Source: Nitrospina sp.
GTDB taxonomy: Bacteria > Nitrospinota > Nitrospinia > Nitrospinales > VA-1
Length of the DNA: 64,000 nt
Assembly: GCA_018673915.1 (NCBI GenBank)
Contig: JABHBK010000069.1
Span: 9,272 to 73,271, forward strand
Reading direction: 5' to 3'
The notes under the pieces are model-generated. The model worked only from the letters and a program-made list of their open reading frames with translations, was not told the DNA's origin and made no database searches. Shown here one piece after another: positions 23,399-32,076 of this stretch (position 1 is its first letter; every line of letters starts with the position of its first letter). The position numbers and the translations under genes were made by a program.

Positions 23399-24076
23399 CT
23401 ACTTATACATGAGGGAAACTAATTGAGAGCGAGCGTGAACTCGAAACTTGGAATATATCTTCTTAAGATGGTCTTTGACGGTGTGATGACTCAAGTCTAA
23501 CATTTTGGCTATCTCCTTGTCGCTCAGGCCTTCACAAATCAGACGGGCAACATCAGCTTCCCGGCTTGTCAATCCGGCTTCCTGCATTAAGTATTTTGTA
23601 TGCTCTTCAAGTTTGACTTCACCTTCCACCTGATGGGATCGAACCCTTCCCGAGTCTTGAGATTCAAGGATTTTTAAATTTTCCCTTGCCCGGAAGGAAA
23701 GTGTTTTCATGATAGCCATCAAGACATCAGGACTCGCAGATAATTTAGTCTGAAATTGTTCCTGTGTAATTTCCAACAACAGGCTGGGTACCGCTGATTT
23801 AACGGTGGCAGAACGGGGTTGGGATTCAATCAATGCCATCTCTCCCAGATAATCTCCTTTTGTTCTACGCGCAATCTCTATTCCATTTTTGGAAACTATC
23901 AACTCCCCGGAAAGTATGACATACATGGAGCGACCCTCTTCCCCATCTGAAAACAAAACCGCTCCTACATCCAGATCCCTCAACTGACATTCAGAGGCCA
24001 AGCATTCCAGTGTATCCGTGGAAGCCTTTGTTAAAAAATCAATTTTTCTCAGAAAATCTAAATTTTTATTTTCCAC
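23399..24076 (-). CDS. Cyclic-nucleotide-binding domain fused to LuxR-type HTH regulator
   Basis: GDYLGEMALIESQPRSATV phosphate-binding cassette; LTSREADV...GLSDKEIA..L.LS..TVK.H...IY.K. Confidence 0.9.
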   Translation of the reverse strand: MENKNLDFLRKIDFLTKASTDTLECLASECQLRDLDVGAVLFSDGEEGRSMYVILSGELIVSKNGIEIARRTKGDYLGEMALIESQPRSATVKSAVPSLLLEITQEQFQTKLSASPDVLMAIMKTLSFRARENLKILESQDSGRVRSHQVEGEVKLEEHTKYLMQEAGLTSREADVARLICEGLSDKEIAKMLDLSHHTVKDHLKKIYSKFRVHARSQLVSLMYK

Positions 24077-24169
24077 ACTTCGCCTTATTCGTCTGAGATT
24101 TTCATCTGCTCAAAACAGTAGTCCCCCGCAGAATTATAACACTATTTGGCATAGGGCAATTAACTTCAA

Positions 24170-25654
24170 TTAATAAAAAAAATTGAATTTCAATGTTAGA
24201 AGATTTTGTTTGGAGTCAACCGATACTAAATTTGAATTGTTGAGGTTGTATTGAAAGTCGAGATCAATGTTCAGGAACTCTAAAACCGGATGAGTAATTG
24301 TGAATTGGACTGTTTGTTTTTCATCCCGCCTATTCTTTCCAATACTTTCCGTAACATTTTCATAAAGCAATAGGTTGTACAAGTAGGAAAGCTGAAATTT
24401 CGTTTTATCTGGACCAGAGAAATTATACCCCGCGCTGATGAGATTCCCGACATAGTCAAATTCACTTCCCTTCGTATTTTCATCATAATACCTGTAAGTC
24501 ACGAATGCGTACGCCTTGCTCTCCGCGAAAAACAGGTATTGGTCAAAACCGATGGAAACATTGAGGGCATTACGCAATTCGTCCCCTAAAAAGGTGGTCT
24601 CTGAAATGACTGCACTAATATTGGTGTAGAGTTCGGGTTGAAGCGAGAAACCAATACGCGGGACAACACTGTGAGAGGTCAGGTAATCCTTTTCATCTAA
24701 GAAACTGTAGTTATAGTAGTAGTCTAGTCCGGCGTCCCAGTTTTTATCATTATGAGTCCCCCCCAGCGAAAAGGTGTTGGATATATAATTAAACTCAGCC
24801 GCGTCTGTCCAGGCATTCTGGTAATAATCATATCCCAATCGGAGCTCGACAATAGGGGTAGAATAGAATTTGTAACCTGTCGACAACTCAAAGGTAGCCG
24901 CCGTATCGGATTGGTTGGAAACGATATCCTGGCTGGTCACTGACACGTTATCGTCATATTGAAATCCTTGCTTGGCTAAGAACCACCAGTTTTTTTTGCT
25001 TTTACTTGTTTTCTCTCCTAATTCATTCAACAGGATTTCAACCTGATCGGCGGTTTCCGATTCCGGATTCTTTTCCAATGCCATGTTCAGCGCAAACTTA
25101 GCGTCTTCTTTCTGCCCTAATTCAAAATAGGCCAGCCCAATTTGAAACAGGGCTAATTGCTCAAGGTCAGGGTCCAAACTTAATACGGTTTGAAAATAAA
25201 TGAGAGATTCCTTGTATTGTTCTTTTTGCTGCAAGGTAAAACCTAGATATAAATAGGCGGAGGCATCTTGAGGATCTAGATCAATGGATTTTTTCAATGC
25301 CTCGAGAGCCAGGTCACTGGATTCAAGATTAAAATAAACGATACCAAGATTACGGTGGGCACCACTATATGCGGGGTCCAGCTCAAGGACCTTTTTAAAA
25401 GGTGCAACCGCTTCAGTATTTTTTTCAGCTTTAAGGAAGGTCAGACCCCGATAATAATGCGCCTCAATATTGGAAGGATCTTTGGCCAAAACCTTTGAGA
25501 ATTCACTGAGGGCCTGGTCAAACTTAGCCTCATTATAAAATTGCAAACCACGGATTATAGAGGGGGCGCTGGCTTCCTGGGCTTGAATATTATTCAGGCA
25601 GAAGAACAGTGAAAGAAATAGAAATGAGAAGAATTTCTGCACAATAAAAGGCAA
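24170..25654 (-). CDS. TPR-repeat outer-membrane beta-barrel protein (Slam/DUF560-like architecture)
   Basis: Signal peptide, about 5 TPRs, GFQYDDNV barrel start, amphipathic strands, C-terminal aromatic beta-signal LKFNFFY. Confidence 0.8.
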   Translation of the reverse strand: MPFIVQKFFSFLFLSLFFCLNNIQAQEASAPSIIRGLQFYNEAKFDQALSEFSKVLAKDPSNIEAHYYRGLTFLKAEKNTEAVAPFKKVLELDPAYSGAHRNLGIVYFNLESSDLALEALKKSIDLDPQDASAYLYLGFTLQQKEQYKESLIYFQTVLSLDPDLEQLALFQIGLAYFELGQKEDAKFALNMALEKNPESETADQVEILLNELGEKTSKSKKNWWFLAKQGFQYDDNVSVTSQDIVSNQSDTAATFELSTGYKFYSTPIVELRLGYDYYQNAWTDAAEFNYISNTFSLGGTHNDKNWDAGLDYYYNYSFLDEKDYLTSHSVVPRIGFSLQPELYTNISAVISETTFLGDELRNALNVSIGFDQYLFFAESKAYAFVTYRYYDENTKGSEFDYVGNLISAGYNFSGPDKTKFQLSYLYNLLLYENVTESIGKNRRDEKQTVQFTITHPVLEFLNIDLDFQYNLNNSNLVSVDSKQNLLTLKFNFFY

Positions 25655-25887
25655 TTAAAGGTGAAACAAGGATATTACCTATAATTTTTGTATAAATCCA
25701 ATATTAATCAGTGAGTTGGGGTTTTTAATTGCTTATTATTTAGGCAGGCTTGGTGATTAGGAGGATTGGTGCAAATGCTTTAGGGGACCCACTAACTAAA
25801 AAAATAGGCCATTCTATTTAAAGAATGACCCATTTCATTAAAATTCCAATTATTTTGGTAGGCGCAACGAGCAAAGCTATAAGCCCG

Positions 25888-27342
25888 CTAACTGGGAGGT
25901 CCGCCTCCTTTACCAGGGGGAGGTCCACCGCCGCCACCGGGATTACCACCACCGGGATTACCACGCGGTATAGTGCTGGTATCAGGCCTGCCCGGCCTTA
26001 TGCCTACAGGTGGTTTGTGTCCACCTCCTGGGCCTCTTGCAATTCTTTCTCTTACTGGGGGTGGATTTATTCCACCTTTAGGTCCTTTTAGTCCTGATCC
26101 TTTGGGTCCTTTGGGTCCTTTGGCGGTGACAAGTTTACCGCCGCCGCCAGTACCTTTTCCTCCTCTTTCAATTCTATCTGAGGCGTTTCCAAGAAATGAA
26201 CCCGTGGTCGCAACATTTGCTGTTTTTCTTGTAACGGTGGTGGAGGTTTTACCTTTCTTTGCTGGAGGCCCCTTTTGTTTATCTGCCTGCTTCATCAAAC
26301 CAGCCGGCAAGTTCCCTGCCTCAGCCATTTTCAGGAGCCCTGGGGGGAAAGTTCCATTTTTGGCCATCGCCAGTAATCCAGGTGGAAGCGCATCGTTCGC
26401 TGCCAAGTCAACTATAAGCGGAGGAAGATTCTGAATATCGGACACCACACCATTTTTCAAAACACCCAGCATTTTCCCCTTGGTAAGTACCGATTGCGGT
26501 CCCAGGCCTCCGCCGGAAAGCTTCGGGGCAGTATCGATACTACCTTCAATATTAATGAAAGTAGTCTTGCCATTTGGCTGAACCGTCACCACAAATTCTG
26601 TTCCCCGCACTCCCGCCACAGCGGTGGGCGTCACTACCTTGAAGGCCGAACCCTTCGATTTACCTTTAGTAACCACAAACCGCACAGTTCCCAAAGCTAC
26701 ATTCACCACAGTTTGCCGCAGATCTTTTTCGGGATCATATATATGCTTTTTAATATTGACGGAAGCATTTTCTCCTAGGGTCAATGAACTCTTATCATCA
26801 AAGGTAAAAGTGGCTTTTGATTCCGGCTTGGTTTTTATATGGTCATTCATAAAAACCGGGGAAGCCAACTTAACATCTGTTGAAGTATTCTGCCCTTTAT
26901 GAGTCTGAAGAATCTCCCCTTCAACCCCCGTGGTGATGCCAATGTCGGCTGATTTGACTATTCCCTGCTGTTTCAAAAATTGTTTTTGCTCAAATAAGTT
27001 TTTGCCTGGGGGTTCGCCGGATAATGCGTAGGTAACCCGAACAAATTCCTGATCGGTCAACGCGCCTTTTGCGTCCTTTTCACTCAGAACTTTAAATCCT
27101 CGAATTTTTAAAATTTTGGCAGTTTTAGCATACAAGTCCTCTTGCGATAACTCCGCATGATTTTTAGGAAGGAGGGGGTGATCAGGTTGATTTTGGGCAA
27201 CAATCGCCACAAACTCAGCCCTGCTGACCTGCGAGTTATTTTGGGTAGCTGACACGATAAACAGAAAAGAAAAACCTATTGCTACCAACAGGAAAAAGCG
27301 TGTCAACAACACTTTATTTTTGGTGAAAAATTTCGAACTCAT
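25888..27342 (-). CDS. FecR-domain protein with SLH-like N-terminus, 13-aa repeats and Gly/Pro/Lys tail
   Basis: D.IKT..ES.A...F.D.S.LTLGEN and VVTPTAVAGVRGTEF (FecR); N-terminal TM/signal segment. Confidence 0.85.
   Translation of the reverse strand: MSSKFFTKNKVLLTRFFLLVAIGFSFLFIVSATQNNSQVSRAEFVAIVAQNQPDHPLLPKNHAELSQEDLYAKTAKILKIRGFKVLSEKDAKGALTDQEFVRVTYALSGEPPGKNLFEQKQFLKQQGIVKSADIGITTGVEGEILQTHKGQNTSTDVKLASPVFMNDHIKTKPESKATFTFDDKSSLTLGENASVNIKKHIYDPEKDLRQTVVNVALGTVRFVVTKGKSKGSAFKVVTPTAVAGVRGTEFVVTVQPNGKTTFINIEGSIDTAPKLSGGGLGPQSVLTKGKMLGVLKNGVVSDIQNLPPLIVDLAANDALPPGLLAMAKNGTFPPGLLKMAEAGNLPAGLMKQADKQKGPPAKKGKTSTTVTRKTANVATTGSFLGNASDRIERGGKGTGGGGKLVTAKGPKGPKGSGLKGPKGGINPPPVRERIARGPGGGHKPPVGIRPGRPDTSTIPRGNPGGGNPGGGGGPPPGKGGGPPS
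26272..26427 (-). repeat. Four tandem 13-aa (39-nt) PPGL-type repeats in the FecR protein
   Basis: LPPLIVDLAANDA / LPPGLLAMAKNGT / FPPGLLKMAEAGN / LPAGLMKQADKQK. Confidence 0.75.
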
Positions 27343-27365
27343 GACTCACTCCTTAACTTTCTACT

Positions 27366-29495
27366 TCACAAATCTTTTTGAAGTAAAAGTTTCAGTTTTT
27401 CCGGTGACAACGGTTTACCAACAAAATAACCTTGAGCCCAGTCACATTCAGTATGCTCCAATAATTTCTTTTGTTCAATCGTTTCCACTCCCTTTGCAAC
27501 CGTCTTCAAGTTCAAGCTTTTCCCAATGCCTATAATCGTGTTAGTGATGGTGGAATTAATCCCCGCAGAGAGACCTCGAATCAGTTTAGGATCAATATTC
27601 AAGGTATTTAAAGGGATACGGGCGAGATTATTTAATGAAGACAGTCCCATGCCAAAATTATCCAAAGCCAGCTTGGAGCCAAAGTCGTGAAGATCCATTA
27701 AGTTTTTATGCGCTGGAGTTTGTTGCAAAGCTATTTCAGGTATTTCAAACTCAAACATATTCGGTTCCAGACTAAAGTTACTCAGGCAACTCTCAATTTT
27801 TTCCGCCAACTTTCCCTGAAGCAACTGGGTTTGACTGAGGTTGATGGAAACAGGTACCAAAGGGATCCCTTCCTGTTTCCAGGCTTGAATTTGTTTACAT
27901 ACGGACTGCATCACCCAATCTCCTATCGAAACTATCAAACCGCTGTCCTCGGCTACAGGAAGAAATTCAGCAGGAAGCACCAATCCTCTGTCAGGATCCT
28001 TCATCCTTAAAAAGACTTCAAGCCTTTGGTATTCACCGGTTTTGATATCAATTTTTGGTTGATAGTCTAATTGGAAATCATCATTCTCAAGCGTTCGCCC
28101 AATAAGGGTCTTCAACTCTAATCGGTTATGGGCCAAAGAAAGCATTTTAGGATCATGCACAAAATACGAGTTTTTTCCCTGCTCTTTCGCACGGTACATC
28201 GCCGTATCCGCACATTTAAACAGCGTTTCTACATCCTTGCCATCGTTGGGATAAAGTGCGATTCCTATACTAAAGCTTGAATAAATTTCATGCGTATCAA
28301 TTTTGAATACAGGTTTGAGAGCTGAGATAATCCTTTCTGCCAACCGGGTGGAGTAGTTATCATCTTTCAAGCCAGTTAAAAGAATTACAAACTCATCGCC
28401 CCCAATCCTCGCCACCGAATCCTCACCACGCAATAAACTTGTCAAACGTTTGGCCACCTCTTTTAGCAACTCATCTCCAATAGAATGACCCAGAGAGTCG
28501 TTCACGGATTTGAAATCATCCATATCCAGAAACAATAAGGCAAAGTTTTGCTCATTCCGTTCTGCATGGGCAAGTGCCAAGGTGATGCGGTCATTGATCA
28601 TGTTGCGGTTGGGCAGCCCGGTCAAAGAATCGAAAAACGCCATGCGCTTTATTTTTGATTCCAACAGACGCGACTCTGACAAATCCTGAACTACGGCCAA
28701 CAAAGCCATCGTTTTGCTAAAAAGGACTAACTTTAATTTAACCTGTACCGGATAAACCGTTCCATCCTTTCTCTTTTGCAGAGCTTCAAAAACTTGAAGT
28801 AGTTTTTTTCCCGTTCGAAGCGGTTCTACAAACAACTCAAACTCTAAGAGAGACTGGTCTTCCCAAAATTCGTATAACGCTTTGCTACAAATCTGAGTTT
28901 TGCTGTAACCCAGGCTTCGGGAAGCAGCCGCGTTGGTTTGGGTAATCTTGTAGTTTTCAGTATCTAGAATGTAAGTTTCGTTGCTGGTGCCATCGAGTAT
29001 CTGTGAAAATTTCTCAGCATTATCTTCTGCCAAGGTCAATTCCCCCTTCATCTCGTCCATGACATCTAAATCTTTTCGGGACCTTACTGAAAGGGTTTTG
29101 AGAAGAGCAAACAGAGCTTGAGCTTGAAGATCAAATTCTTTATGAAATCTTTCTGCGGTAATTTCCAGCAATTGTGTTTGTGTTTCTGCTCGAATGGATG
29201 CAGACCGGGGCTCAGATTCTATCAAGCCCATTTCCCCGATGTATTCACTGGGTTTTCTTCTTGCGATCACTTTATTTTTTTTATATACCAGCAATTCCCC
29301 GGAAAGAATGATGTACATGGAGTTGGAAACATCCCCTTCTTCAAATAGCACTTCAAAAGGAGAGAGAGAAATTACCTTGCAAGAACGGGCCAGTTTTTCC
29401 AGAGTCTCATCAGAAAAAAAGCCGAGAAAATCGACGCCTCTTAACTGCTCCAATATTTTTACTTCATCCATTGCTAAGGTCATAACTTGATTCAC
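27366..29495 (-). CDS. cNMP-PAS-GGDEF-EAL(degenerate) protein
   Basis: GEMGLIESEPRSAS cassette, PAS (RKDGTVYPV), RGEDSVARIGGDEF, EAL-like domain with EVF/DNFGMG/AKGVE. Confidence 0.92.
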   Translation of the reverse strand: MNQVMTLAMDEVKILEQLRGVDFLGFFSDETLEKLARSCKVISLSPFEVLFEEGDVSNSMYIILSGELLVYKKNKVIARRKPSEYIGEMGLIESEPRSASIRAETQTQLLEITAERFHKEFDLQAQALFALLKTLSVRSRKDLDVMDEMKGELTLAEDNAEKFSQILDGTSNETYILDTENYKITQTNAAASRSLGYSKTQICSKALYEFWEDQSLLEFELFVEPLRTGKKLLQVFEALQKRKDGTVYPVQVKLKLVLFSKTMALLAVVQDLSESRLLESKIKRMAFFDSLTGLPNRNMINDRITLALAHAERNEQNFALLFLDMDDFKSVNDSLGHSIGDELLKEVAKRLTSLLRGEDSVARIGGDEFVILLTGLKDDNYSTRLAERIISALKPVFKIDTHEIYSSFSIGIALYPNDGKDVETLFKCADTAMYRAKEQGKNSYFVHDPKMLSLAHNRLELKTLIGRTLENDDFQLDYQPKIDIKTGEYQRLEVFLRMKDPDRGLVLPAEFLPVAEDSGLIVSIGDWVMQSVCKQIQAWKQEGIPLVPVSINLSQTQLLQGKLAEKIESCLSNFSLEPNMFEFEIPEIALQQTPAHKNLMDLHDFGSKLALDNFGMGLSSLNNLARIPLNTLNIDPKLIRGLSAGINSTITNTIIGIGKSLNLKTVAKGVETIEQKKLLEHTECDWAQGYFVGKPLSPEKLKLLLQKDL

Positions 29496-29792
29496 CTGGC
29501 TCTTGCTCCCTCTAACACAACTCTTTAACCTCTATGTTCTTATTGTTAAGCAAGATCGAATAATTTAAAACCCCCATAATCAGGGTATACATAAAAACCG
29601 ACCATATCCCCATACCAATAATCATTGTAATGCGCTACTTTATAAAGAAAAAATATACCACCCATCAAACTTTTGTACCAATTTTATTACATTTCTTAGA
29701 GCCACTATTGGAGTTCCTTGCCCTTGTTCAAATCAAAAACTTATTCAATAATGTGAAATAGGATTACACATACTCAAAAGGCATCTAATTAA

Positions 29793-32066
29793 TTGATCTT
29801 TTTAGCCAAAAAATATTCCTCTATTTCCTGCGGGTTACTGGTCACCGCACTTTGCTTGTTTATCTACAATCAATCCCCCTCTTCAATGGAGCCATTGGAG
29901 AATATTGTTCAAAACACCCACTTCAAATTGCGCGGTCCCCTCTCCCCCAACTCTGATGTCGTCATTGCAAAAATTGATGAGAAGAGTCTGGACACACTGG
30001 GTCGTTGGCCCTGGCCAAGACAAACTATGGCGAAGCTTGTTCAAAGACTTCATGAATATGAAGCAGAAGTAATTGGATTCGATATTATTTTTTCTTCGCC
30101 CCAGATTAATTCCGACCATGAGGCCTTAATAAAATTACAAAATATAATTAGTCCTACTCAGAACCCTGAAGCCGTAGAATATTTAAACCAATTATTGCGG
30201 GAAACAAATGCCGATATCCAGTTTTCCCAAGCTCTATCCAAAGGTTCCAAGTCTGTGTTGGGTTACTTCTTCCACTTTTCACCCGAGGGGCTGGAACATT
30301 TAACCCCTACCCAGCGACACCTATATTTTGAAGATATAAAAACATCCCGGTTCAATGGGTTTCTTCGTTCTAGTGAAAACCTCAAACTATCTAACCTGAC
30401 TTTCCCCACTGCATTTGCAGTCGAGTCTAATATTTCATCCATTTCGCGAACAGCCAGCCGATCCGGTTATCTGAGTTTTGATCTTGAATCCGACGGATCG
30501 GTAAAACAACTTCCACTCATTGTCCGATATGTTGACAATGGGAAGGATCATTATTTCCCTCCATTTTCTCTAAGGATTCTCGAACAATATCTACAAGGCA
30601 CCCTTCTCTTCAGGGTCAATGAATTGGGGATGGAAGAAGTCATTCTGGATAACGATAATCCTATTGTTATCCCAACTAACTCAAAAGGAGAAATGGAGGT
30701 CAATTATTTGGGCCCGCGGAAAACATTCCCTGGAATTTCCATTAGCGATCTTTTAGATAAGAATTTAAGTAGTGCAATCAAAGAACGAGTACGGAATAAA
30801 ATAGTGCTAATAGGTGCCACAGCAACTGCTCTTGAAGATTTAAAGCCGACCCCTTTTGATCCGGCCTTACCAGGAGTAGAAATTCACGCAACGATTATCG
30901 ACAATATTTTAAGCCATCGTTTTCTCACTAAGCCTTCCTGGACAGCGGTTGTCGATTCTCTATATTTATTGTTGATAGGAGTAGTCTTAACTGTGGTGTA
31001 CTCCCGCATCAAACCTCTGATGAGTCTCATGGTCTGGTCAGTATGTGTCTGCGCTTCTTTTTATTTAAGCCATTGGCTATTCATTAACAAGGGATTCTGG
31101 TTAACGGATGTCTATCCATTAATAGAGAATACTGGGATTGCCGCCTTGATCATGCTGGATCGTTTTGTTAAAGAGGAAAAGCAAAAACTTTTTATCAAAA
31201 AGGTTTTTGGTCAATATCTCTCACCCCGGGTCGTAAAAGAACTGATCAATGATCCTTCAAAACTAAAGCTGGGAGGAGAACAAAAAGAACTTACGGCTCT
31301 ATTCACCGATCTGGAAGGATTCACCACTTTCTCTGAAAAGCTTGGCGCTACAGAACTGGTTGACCTTTTAAATACCTACCTCACCGAAATGACGGACATC
31401 CTTCTGCAATACGATGGCACCTTGGATAGATATGATGGCGATGCAATTAAAGCGTTTTTTGGGGCTCCGATTTATTTCGATGATCATGCAAAACGGGCCT
31501 GCTGGGTATGTATAGATATGCAAAACAAGCTCAAAGATATGCGTGTGAAATTTAAAGAAGAAGGCAAGCCAGAATTACTCATGCGGGTAGGCCTCAATAC
31601 CGGATCAATGGTAATCGGAAACATGGGCTCAACCACCCGCATGATGTATGGAATGAACGGCGACTCGGTTAATCTATGCGCCCGTCTCGAAGGAGCCAAC
31701 AAACAATACGGAACTTACTCTCTGATCAGCGAGTTCACTTACCAGGCCGCCAAAGAATTCATCGAGGTCCGGAAATTAGATATTATTCGTGTCGTAGGCC
31801 GTGCAACACCTATTAATATTTATGAGCTTTTAGGAAAACGGGGAGAGATAGATGATCTCCTAAAAAAAGCTTTACCCGATTATAACCAGGGCTTGAAAAG
31901 TTATCAAAATCGCGAATGGACCGAAGCCAAAAGATATTTTGAAAATGCCTTGAAAATACGTCCCGAAGATGGCCCCTCAAAAATTTATTTGAAGAGATGC
32001 GAAAATTTCATCCTTCAACCTCCCGCCAAAGACTGGGATGGCGTTTTCAATCTCAGCACAAAATAA
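29793..32066 (+). CDS. CHASE2-domain class III nucleotide cyclase with C-terminal TPR
   Basis: IDEKSL..LGRWPWPR, GFDIIF, PGVEIHA (CHASE2); 3 TMs; FTDLEGFT, GDA, GLNTG, GDSVNLCARLEG; TPR tail. Confidence 0.93.
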   Translation: MIFLAKKYSSISCGLLVTALCLFIYNQSPSSMEPLENIVQNTHFKLRGPLSPNSDVVIAKIDEKSLDTLGRWPWPRQTMAKLVQRLHEYEAEVIGFDIIFSSPQINSDHEALIKLQNIISPTQNPEAVEYLNQLLRETNADIQFSQALSKGSKSVLGYFFHFSPEGLEHLTPTQRHLYFEDIKTSRFNGFLRSSENLKLSNLTFPTAFAVESNISSISRTASRSGYLSFDLESDGSVKQLPLIVRYVDNGKDHYFPPFSLRILEQYLQGTLLFRVNELGMEEVILDNDNPIVIPTNSKGEMEVNYLGPRKTFPGISISDLLDKNLSSAIKERVRNKIVLIGATATALEDLKPTPFDPALPGVEIHATIIDNILSHRFLTKPSWTAVVDSLYLLLIGVVLTVVYSRIKPLMSLMVWSVCVCASFYLSHWLFINKGFWLTDVYPLIENTGIAALIMLDRFVKEEKQKLFIKKVFGQYLSPRVVKELINDPSKLKLGGEQKELTALFTDLEGFTTFSEKLGATELVDLLNTYLTEMTDILLQYDGTLDRYDGDAIKAFFGAPIYFDDHAKRACWVCIDMQNKLKDMRVKFKEEGKPELLMRVGLNTGSMVIGNMGSTTRMMYGMNGDSVNLCARLEGANKQYGTYSLISEFTYQAAKEFIEVRKLDIIRVVGRATPINIYELLGKRGEIDDLLKKALPDYNQGLKSYQNREWTEAKRYFENALKIRPEDGPSKIYLKRCENFILQPPAKDWDGVFNLSTK

Positions 32067-32076
32067 TACACAAATT

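Noticed and set aside
29710-29775. Possible Crp box TGTGA-AATAGGA-TTACA upstream of the cyclase
   Set aside because: The spacer is 7 nt rather than 6 and the region is AT-rich, so this cannot be distinguished from chance.
23399-32066. Pycsar/CBASS anti-phage system
   Set aside because: The cyclase is a CHASE2 membrane receptor and the cNMP domains are fused to LuxR and GGDEF, not to TIR or TM toxic effectors.
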